This document shows positions 50,115 to 57,550 of a stretch of 64,000 nt of DNA, piece after piece. The position numbers and the translations under genes were made by a program. Source of the DNA: a virus; the IMG/VR virus record IMGVR_UViG_3300002231_001563, positions 32,001 to 96,000 of that record. One strand, 5' to 3'. Each line of letters opens with the position of its first letter. Position 1 is the first letter of the stretch. The notes below the pieces were generated by a model. It was not told where the DNA came from. It saw nothing but the letters and a program-made list of their open reading frames with translations, and ran no database searches.

Positions 50115-51875
50115 ATGTCTATTATTAATAAATTAACTGAAGGCATTGTGCGCCGAGATCTCTCTAAAGAAGGTCACGCTCTTCTCACTAAGTGGGAAAA
50201 GACGGGACTTTTAGAGGGACTGGGTGCAGAACGCAAAAAGCATGGTATGGCATGCTTGCTTGAAAATCAAGCGAAGGAGCTTCTTCGAGAGGCATCCACT
50301 ATGGCAGGCGGTGACGTCGAAGGTTTTGCATCTGTTGCATTCCCAATCGTACGCCGCGTTTTCGGCGGATTGATCGCAAATGATCTTGTGTCCGTTCAAC
50401 CAATGAGCCTCCCATCGGGACTCATCTTCTTCCTGGATTTCACCTATCAGCGCGATCGCCTTGATATCACAGCGGATACTTCCGTATATGGTGGCGGAGT
50501 AGTTGGTTCGCAGATCACTGGCGGTGTTTCACTGGCCGGTAATGAATCCGAGCAAAGCTTTTACGCCCTCAACAACGGATATTCAAGTCCGACTGGTACA
50601 GCGGTCCTTAACTTTGACCACGCCGTAGGCGCCCTGGTCGGAGAAATTGTCGCTTCCGGTACAGTAGGTGCTGGCGTCCCCGGTGATTGGGGTGGTATCG
50701 GCGCAACCGCGACGGCATATAGTGCACTTGGCGATGGTCTTGTGCGATTCGATCCAGATATCGCTTCGGGAACTAATGTGGTTGTAGCAAGTATTCCTCT
50801 GGCAACATTGGCCGCAGGACTCCCAGCTACCTTGGCATTCAATATCAAAGATTATATTACTTTGACCCTGACCGATGGTGGATCAACAAGCCTAACAGCG
50901 GGCGCACAAGTTCGCCGCTTAACCGTGGATGACCCAATTACTGCTGGAAATGTTTTGGTCGCTGTTGCAGAAGGCACAGCCGCCGCAACAATCGCAAATT
51001 TGTCGGGTGCTTTAATGGCAACTGACGGCTGCGCGTTCGTTGCCGACGACAATTTTGACCAAGCAAGTGCAATCGGCGCGGTAGTGGGCGCCGAACAGTG
51101 GGGACTGGAAAACTCAGTACAGATTCCAGAAATCGACATCAAAGTCGACTCTGTGGCTGTCACTGCGAAGACCAAGAAGCTCAAAGCTAAATGGACACCA
51201 GAATTGGCCCAAGACTTGAATGCTTATCACAACCTCGATGCAGAAGTTGAATTGACAAGCATCCTTTCGGAGCACATTGCTCTCGAACTGGACCAAGAAA
51301 TCCTAGAAGACCTTATTAAGGGTGCTACAGCAGCAACTCTTCACTGGTCTAGGCTTCCTGGTAAATTCGTTAATCGTGAGACAGGCGCTCAATTGCCAAC
51401 CGTTGGAGCAGCACCAGACTTTACTGGTAATGTGAGCGAGTGGTATGAGACCTTGGCTGAAACTATTAACGATGTATCAGCACAAATCCACCGCAAGACC
51501 TTGAGAGGAGGCGCAAACTTCGTCGTGTGTTCACCTGAAGTTGCAAACCTTCTTGAATTTACCGCCGGATTCCGTGGAAGCATCACTCATGATGATGATC
51601 GCGGTACAGTGGGAGCTGTCAAAGTTGGTAACTTGAGTAAGAAGTTCGACGTCTATGTCGATCCTTATTTCCCAAGAAACGTGGTATTAGCAGGCCGTAA
51701 GGGATCCTCTTTCCTTGAAAGTGGATATGTATACGCGCCGTATGTACCTCTCCAAATGACTCCTACCATTTTCGGTACCGAGGACTTCGTGCCTCGTAAG
51801 GGCGTCATGACTCGCTATGCGAAGAAGATGGTCCGTCCGGATATGTATGGCCTTGTCATCGTAGAAGACCTCTAA
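50115..51875 (+). CDS. Major capsid protein (T4 gp23-like)
   Basis: LLENQ; FPIVRRVF; VQPMSLPSGLIF; KLKAKWTPELAQDL..H.LDAE.EL..ILS..I..E.D.EI; YAPYVPL; MTRYA. Confidence 0.97.
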   Translation: MSIINKLTEGIVRRDLSKEGHALLTKWEKTGLLEGLGAERKKHGMACLLENQAKELLREASTMAGGDVEGFASVAFPIVRRVFGGLIANDLVSVQPMSLPSGLIFFLDFTYQRDRLDITADTSVYGGGVVGSQITGGVSLAGNESEQSFYALNNGYSSPTGTAVLNFDHAVGALVGEIVASGTVGAGVPGDWGGIGATATAYSALGDGLVRFDPDIASGTNVVVASIPLATLAAGLPATLAFNIKDYITLTLTDGGSTSLTAGAQVRRLTVDDPITAGNVLVAVAEGTAAATIANLSGALMATDGCAFVADDNFDQASAIGAVVGAEQWGLENSVQIPEIDIKVDSVAVTAKTKKLKAKWTPELAQDLNAYHNLDAEVELTSILSEHIALELDQEILEDLIKGATAATLHWSRLPGKFVNRETGAQLPTVGAAPDFTGNVSEWYETLAETINDVSAQIHRKTLRGGANFVVCSPEVANLLEFTAGFRGSITHDDDRGTVGAVKVGNLSKKFDVYVDPYFPRNVVLAGRKGSSFLESGYVYAPYVPLQMTPTIFGTEDFVPRKGVMTRYAKKMVRPDMYGLVIVEDL

Positions 51876-51912
51876 GATATATAAAGCCCAGCTTTATACA
51901 TAAGTAAAATAT

Positions 51913-51946
51913 ACCCCTTCACAATTTGTGAAGGGGTTTTGTGTTT
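51913..51946 (+). terminator. Rho-independent terminator after MCP
   Basis: 11-bp stem ACCCCTTCACA / TGTGAAGGGGT followed by TTTGTGTTT. A second 8-bp hairpin TATAAAGC-CCA-GCTTTATA lies at 51880-51898. Confidence 0.8.
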
Positions 51947-51952
51947 CTAAAA

Positions 51953-51960
51953 ACTACTTA
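51953..51960 (+). promoter_or_regulatory. Candidate late promoter motif ACTACTTA
   Basis: Just after the MCP terminator and 19 nt before the neck gene ATG, where re-initiation would be needed. Confidence 0.55.
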
Positions 51961-51979
51961 ATGCAGAGGTTTTTATATC

Positions 51980-53248
51980 ATGGCTTTCCCTACCCTAACG
52001 CCCGCTAGTCAGGCAAGTAAATCAATTCTATCCCCAACTGGAACTGTTGCAGATGTCGCCGCATCCCTCCCTCTGGCCGTATATTCGAACTCTGACCCCT
52101 TTCTATCGGGTGCAGCCTCTCAGGTCGCCTATACTTACAGGAAATTGGGGGGAGATGTCCTTGATATCGAAATTAAGCCCGAGAATGTGTATGCTAATTA
52201 TCAAGAGGCAGTATTAGAATATAGCTATTTGGTGAACGTCCATCAGTCTAAAAATATGTTGTCGGATGTCCTCGGTCAGGCCACAGGAACTTTCGACGAA
52301 GACGGTCAATTAGTGACAGGCCCTACTGATGTTAATCTAAAATTCCCCCGGGTGATGTTTGAGTACGCCCGCAGGGTATCCGACTCTTTCTCATTTGAAG
52401 CCAATGTAGGGGGAACCATTCCCATCTATTCGGCATCGTTTACACTCAATAAGGGACAGCAAGATTATAATCTTCAGGCCATTATTTCTGGAAGTTCCGC
52501 TGCGGGAACTGGCTCGACCGGAACAACTGTGCCCTACGCCGGAGTGGTTGGGGACAAGAGAGTGATAATTAAAAAGGTGTATTACAAAACTCCGGCGGCA
52601 ATGTGGCGGTTTTTTGGGTATTTCGGCGGTCTTAACGTCGTGGGAAATCTTAATTATTATGGACAATACACTGATGACTCTACGTTTGAGTTAGTGCCAA
52701 CATGGCAAAATAAACTCCAGGCCATGGCATATGAGGACAATATTTATACTAGGCTTTCTCAATATTCGTATGAATTAGAAAACAATCATTTGAGAATCTT
52801 TCCAATGCCAGAACTTTTGAGCACATATAGACATATGTGGGTAGATTTTTCAGTGATTCCTAATAGTTGGGATAATCCGCCAGACTATGATGCCGGCGTC
52901 GATGGCATCAACAATATCAACACCCTCCCTTTTGATAACATTCCCTATGAGAATATAAATGCTATTGGGAAACAATGGATTCGCCGATTTGCTCTGGCCC
53001 TATCTAAGGAAACTTTGGGGCAAGTACGAGGCAAATTCCAGACGGTCCCTATTCCGGGGGAATCCGTCACTCTGAACGCCGCCGAACTTCTCGGTCAAGC
53101 GCAGGCTGAACAAGAGGCATTGAGGGAGGAACTGAAGACAATTCTCGATGAATTGACATATACGGCCATGGCCAAATCTGACGCTGAAAAGGCAAATGCG
53201 GTAGAAGATATTCAAAAGAAGGTACCAACCTTAATTTTCCAGGGGTAA
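51980..53248 (+). CDS. Neck protein (T4 gp13-like head-tail adaptor)
   Basis: Follows MCP; YRKLGGDVLDIEI....Y...QEA..EY and WIRRFALALSKETLGQVRGKF..VPIPG..VTLN..EL are gp13-like motifs. Confidence 0.8.
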   Translation: MAFPTLTPASQASKSILSPTGTVADVAASLPLAVYSNSDPFLSGAASQVAYTYRKLGGDVLDIEIKPENVYANYQEAVLEYSYLVNVHQSKNMLSDVLGQATGTFDEDGQLVTGPTDVNLKFPRVMFEYARRVSDSFSFEANVGGTIPIYSASFTLNKGQQDYNLQAIISGSSAAGTGSTGTTVPYAGVVGDKRVIIKKVYYKTPAAMWRFFGYFGGLNVVGNLNYYGQYTDDSTFELVPTWQNKLQAMAYEDNIYTRLSQYSYELENNHLRIFPMPELLSTYRHMWVDFSVIPNSWDNPPDYDAGVDGINNINTLPFDNIPYENINAIGKQWIRRFALALSKETLGQVRGKFQTVPIPGESVTLNAAELLGQAQAEQEALREELKTILDELTYTAMAKSDAEKANAVEDIQKKVPTLIFQG

Positions 53249-53254
53249 TAAGAG

Positions 53255-54124
53255 ATGAGTAGTAAGAAAGAAGACTTCGATGAATTTCGTCCATATTACC
53301 CTCCTGCCCCAGCTAAGGAAAAGGTTCCCCTCAAAGAAGTTACCCTCATGCCATCGACGGTGGAGACGATCGATTTTGCTTTGAGCGATTGGCTCGAAGA
53401 AGATATGGATATTTATTGCACTACTAACGAGGGGTGGAAAAAGGTACCCATCGTCTGGTCAATGCCGGAAAGAGCATTTCAGGTTAAAGACAATAAAGAT
53501 TTAAGAAACAAAGATAACATTTTCACTTTTCCAGTAATGAGTGTGGAGCGAACCTCCCTCATTAAGGATCCGAACATGAAGGGAGTAGCATGGGCTCATA
53601 TTCCTCGCTATAATGACCCTCGCGGCGGCGCCATAACTGTAGCTCGGCGCATTCAACAAGAGAAGAGCGCGAATTTTGCAAATGCCGGAGCAAAAAGACG
53701 ATTTAATCAACCCACCTTTCCTTATGATAATAAGAAAGTGGTATATGAAACGATAACGATGCCCGTTCCGACCTATGTAGTGGCAAATTATAAAGTCACT
53801 ATTCATACGGAATATCAGCAACAAATGAATGAAATTTTCACTCCTTTTATGACTGCAACCGGGCAAATAAACAACTTTTTTATCACCCGTGACGGCCATA
53901 AATTTGAGGGGTTCATTCAGGATGATTTTTCTTTAGAAAATAATTTGTCCAATTTGGGCGACGAAGAGAGAGAATTTAAAACTATCATTAACTTGAAAGT
54001 TCTAGGTTATCTAATCGGCTCGGGCAAAAATGATAGCCAACCCAAAATTACCACCCGCGAGACAGCAGCTGAATTTAGATTCACCCGCGAGCGAGTGATG
54101 CTTGGCGATAAAAAGGACTATTAA
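53255..54124 (+). CDS. Tail completion/terminator protein (T4 gp15-like)
   Basis: KVPIVW..PER; P.MSVERT; MPVP.Y....Y.VTI.T....QMNEI resemble gp15. Confidence 0.6.
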   Translation: MSSKKEDFDEFRPYYPPAPAKEKVPLKEVTLMPSTVETIDFALSDWLEEDMDIYCTTNEGWKKVPIVWSMPERAFQVKDNKDLRNKDNIFTFPVMSVERTSLIKDPNMKGVAWAHIPRYNDPRGGAITVARRIQQEKSANFANAGAKRRFNQPTFPYDNKKVVYETITMPVPTYVVANYKVTIHTEYQQQMNEIFTPFMTATGQINNFFITRDGHKFEGFIQDDFSLENNLSNLGDEEREFKTIINLKVLGYLIGSGKNDSQPKITTRETAAEFRFTRERVMLGDKKDY

Positions 54125-54127
54125 TGA

Positions 54128-55033
54128 ATGGCAGATAATAAATGGACAAAGCCTACAAATCCCCCTCCCCCCTTATTCCTGGGAGAGAAGGAGCGCGATT
54201 TAGTTAAACAAGTCAATGACGAACTCTTGGAACGCGTCATTGGTCAGGCTATAACCTATCTCCCTTTATCCATGGAATATACTAATTTTCACCCCCTCTA
54301 TGGTGAAGCCATAGAGAAATCCTTTCTGCCTCCTGTTCGAGTTTACGCACTAGTGGAATTTGACGGAATTGGAACTATGACTTCCGATTATGGCCTTGAT
54401 AAGACCTACTCTATTGTAGTGCGCTTTCATGAACGCCGACTGCAGGAAGATCAGAATTTATATGTGAGAGAGGGTGACTATGTACAATATGGGTCTTCCT
54501 TTTTTGAAATCGTTAATCTTACCGAAGATCGCCAATTATTTGGCCAAGTAGAACACCTTTTTCAGATCGAAGCGCAATGTGTGCGAACCCGGAAAGGACT
54601 AATCGACTTCCAGGTGCTTTCAGAGGAAGTTCAACGTGCGGCCATTGCCAATGCCACGGCCATGGCAGCCCCCGCTGCACCCGCCGAGGAGCCGCCCGCC
54701 CCCGCTCCCGAAGCACCGGAGCCATATGAAGCGGCCCAGATTGTGTACGAGGCATCAGACCCCGACTCGGAGGTCGCGGGCGTTATTGCCACTCCTATTG
54801 CAGAAGGCGAATCCATCAATGATCTCTTTGGCATCGCCGAAGGAACTGAGCTGGACCTGAATACTATGATGATTTTCCAGAATGGTCTGTTGCAATTAGT
54901 AACTGAGACTGAGGGAGTGGGAGATTTTTATTTAAATGAAGATAATGAAATTATTTCTAATGGGGATTTAGCCCCCGGCACAACGCTGGTAGTGATATTT
55001 TTATCGGCTATCATGTCTTATTTTGGAGCGTAA
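54128..55033 (+). CDS. Neck/head-closure protein (T4 gp14-like) with Pro/Ala linker and extra C-terminal domain
   Basis: E.DL...N.EL.E..IGQ...YLP....HPLYGE...K.F and REGD.V pattern; extension after about aa 170. Confidence 0.6.
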   Translation: MADNKWTKPTNPPPPLFLGEKERDLVKQVNDELLERVIGQAITYLPLSMEYTNFHPLYGEAIEKSFLPPVRVYALVEFDGIGTMTSDYGLDKTYSIVVRFHERRLQEDQNLYVREGDYVQYGSSFFEIVNLTEDRQLFGQVEHLFQIEAQCVRTRKGLIDFQVLSEEVQRAAIANATAMAAPAAPAEEPPAPAPEAPEPYEAAQIVYEASDPDSEVAGVIATPIAEGESINDLFGIAEGTELDLNTMMIFQNGLLQLVTETEGVGDFYLNEDNEIISNGDLAPGTTLVVIFLSAIMSYFGA

Positions 55034-56245
55034 ATGAGTACTTTTCGAGAGCATAAAACAAGCGCAGATCGTTCAGCAGCCGACCGCAAAAGGCATAAAT
55101 CAAAAATTGAAAAAGCCCTCCGAGAAGGAATAAAAGATGTAGTAGCTGACGAATCTATTATAGGTCAGGATGGAAAAAAGAAAGTAAAAATTCCAGTCAA
55201 AGGAATTAAAGAATACCAGTTTGTATATGGAGATAATTCTCAAAATCAAAAAGCCGGCGCCGCCGGAGATAAAAATGTCAAAAAAGGACAGGTTTTGCGC
55301 AAAAAGGGCCGCTCACGCCAAGCCCAGGCGGGCGAAAAGGGCTCAGATAAGGTAGGCGAAGAATATTATGAGGTGGAAATTACCCTCGAAGAACTGGCGG
55401 AATATTTATTTGCTAATTTAGAACTTCCAGAATTGGAGAGAAAGAAGCTGCGCTTCCTAAAAGACAAGAAGCTACGCCGAAGTGGTTATAGAAAGAAAGG
55501 GATGCGTTCTAGGTTATCGAAGAAAGAGACTCTCAAACGAAAGATTCGGCGCCGCAAAAAAGCTGAAGCCAATGGGACATGGGATCCCGAATCTGGCGAA
55601 CGTTTTCCGTTTCATGAAGACGATTTAAAATATAAACATATGAAAGTAAAGAATAAAGAAAGCAGTTCGGCAGTTATTTTTTTCCTCATGGATGTGTCTG
55701 GCTCCATGGACAAAAATAAAAAATATATTGCTCGTAGTTTTTATTTTTTGTTGTATCAATTTCTGCGCTATAAGTACGAGAATATTGAGGTTGTTTTTAT
55801 CTCTCATTCCACTGACGCCAAGGAGGTAACGGAAGAAGAATTTTTCCAAAAAGCCACCACAGGGGGCACCATCATGTCTAGCGCCCTAGAATTAGAAAAA
55901 GAAATTATCTCCAAGCGATATCACCCGTCGAGTTGGAATATTTACACATTTTATACTGGAGACGGTGAAAACTGGACCACGGATAATAATAAGACGGTAA
56001 AACTCCTTAACGAACTTAAAGAAATAAATCAGATGATTTGTTATGCGGAAATTAATCCTTTTAGGAATCCGGAGTATGATGCTGATTTCGGCCGGAATTT
56101 TGGATATTCTCCAGACGCCGATCCCAACTCTTTGTGGTCTCGGCTCCTGCCACATCTTTCAGATAAATTTAAGGCAGTTAAACTTATGAGTCCCAAACAT
56201 ATTTGGCCCTCATTTCAGAAGATATTCGGAGGCATTACCCCATGA
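55034..56245 (+). CDS. yeaH: YeaH/YhbH (DUF444) VWA-domain protein
   Basis: D..RH..KI..AL...I.D.V..ESII..DG...VKIP...I.EY (YhbH-type N-terminus); ITLEEL...LF..LELP.L; MIDAS DVSGSM, GGT.MSSAL, GDGENW. Confidence 0.9.
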   Translation: MSTFREHKTSADRSAADRKRHKSKIEKALREGIKDVVADESIIGQDGKKKVKIPVKGIKEYQFVYGDNSQNQKAGAAGDKNVKKGQVLRKKGRSRQAQAGEKGSDKVGEEYYEVEITLEELAEYLFANLELPELERKKLRFLKDKKLRRSGYRKKGMRSRLSKKETLKRKIRRRKKAEANGTWDPESGERFPFHEDDLKYKHMKVKNKESSSAVIFFLMDVSGSMDKNKKYIARSFYFLLYQFLRYKYENIEVVFISHSTDAKEVTEEEFFQKATTGGTIMSSALELEKEIISKRYHPSSWNIYTFYTGDGENWTTDNNKTVKLLNELKEINQMICYAEINPFRNPEYDADFGRNFGYSPDADPNSLWSRLLPHLSDKFKAVKLMSPKHIWPSFQKIFGGITP

Positions 56246-57549
56246 AGAAAGTAACAATCAAAGAATTGCGTAAGTACGATAAAGAAATCTGCGATATCGC
56301 AAAAGAAAAATATGGTCTCGACTGGTTCCCTATTGAATATGAGATATTAGATTATAAAGAAATGTTGGGTGCCATGGCCTACACAGGCCTACCTACTCAC
56401 TATCGCCACTGGTCCTTTGGAAAATCATTTGAACGCACAGCTACCCGCTATAAATTAGGCATGGAAGGCCTGCCCTATGAAATGATCATTAACAGTGACC
56501 CCAGTATCGCTTATCTCATGCTTGAAAATCCCATGAGTATTCACTTACTTACGATGGCTCACTGTGTGGGCCATTCGGACTTTTTTAAGAATAACCGCAT
56601 GTTTCGGGAAACTGATCCTCAAAACATTTTAGCGCGCTTTAAGTCCGCATCAAAAAGGGTGCAAAAATATATTGAAGATCCCAACATTGGTATCGAGGCT
56701 GTGGAGATGATATTGGATGCGTGTCATGCTATTCAGTATCAGGTACCCCGCACACCCAATATCGCCCGCGACAGGCTGAGGGAAATGCTGGATGTAGCCA
56801 AGCGCCTAAAGCGGGAAAAAAATGACGACCTCCTTTTAGAAGAAGATAGCATGAAAGATTATAATTTACTAGCTTTTATAAGAAAGAATGCCCGAAATTT
56901 AGAAGATTGGCAAAGAGATCTGATGGAGATGGTGGAAAGAAGGGCGAAATATTTTATCCCCCAAGCCCGAACTAAGATTATGAACGAGGGGTGGGCAGTC
57001 ACTATACATGAAAAGATCATGAACGATCTTAAGCTCGGAGATGAATACCACCTTGGATTTTTGAAGACTCATAATCAGGTAGTTCGACCTATTGTGGGGA
57101 GAGTTAATCCCTATCATTTGGGATACACTATCTTTAAAAAAATCGAAAAAGAACATGGATTTGAAGAATGTAAGTTAGTTCGCGAGACTCAAGATGATGA
57201 AAGTTTTATACGAAAATATTTAGACGAAGAGTTGTGCCGAGAGCTAAATTTATTCAGCTACAGCTATAGTCAGCGCACAACAAATTATTCTATTGATGAT
57301 ATTTCTGATAAAGAAGGGTGGAAAAGCGTCAGGAGCGCCCTAATTAAGAACGTAGGGCTTAACTCCGTCCCGATTGTCTATGTGAGTGGATTTAATAAGA
57401 AAATGCAAACACTTTATTTAAAACATGAACACGACGGCCGCGACCTGGAGTTGGGTTATGCGAATAAAGTATACGACCATATTAGATATTTATGGGATGA
57501 CGATATTATTTTTACTTCTATCATAGAAGGGGAGCTTTGGGAATTTTAA
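56242..57549 (+). CDS. spoVR: SpoVR/YcgB family protein
   Basis: ATG 56242 overlaps the yeaH TGA and has a GGAG RBS. Motifs GLPTHYRHWSFGK, YEMIINSDP.IAYL, AHCVGHSDFFKNN, TKIMNEGWA, NPYHLG and LYLKHEHDGRDL. Confidence 0.93.
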   Translation: MKKVTIKELRKYDKEICDIAKEKYGLDWFPIEYEILDYKEMLGAMAYTGLPTHYRHWSFGKSFERTATRYKLGMEGLPYEMIINSDPSIAYLMLENPMSIHLLTMAHCVGHSDFFKNNRMFRETDPQNILARFKSASKRVQKYIEDPNIGIEAVEMILDACHAIQYQVPRTPNIARDRLREMLDVAKRLKREKNDDLLLEEDSMKDYNLLAFIRKNARNLEDWQRDLMEMVERRAKYFIPQARTKIMNEGWAVTIHEKIMNDLKLGDEYHLGFLKTHNQVVRPIVGRVNPYHLGYTIFKKIEKEHGFEECKLVRETQDDESFIRKYLDEELCRELNLFSYSYSQRTTNYSIDDISDKEGWKSVRSALIKNVGLNSVPIVYVSGFNKKMQTLYLKHEHDGRDLELGYANKVYDHIRYLWDDDIIFTSIIEGELWEF

Positions 57550-57550
57550 A

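Noticed and set aside
56203-56245. Upstream in-frame starts from the ORF track (56203, 13717, 40688, 39928, 46796, 47213, 48301, 39346)
   Set aside because: They create long overlaps; downstream starts with stop-start coupling or an SD fit better.
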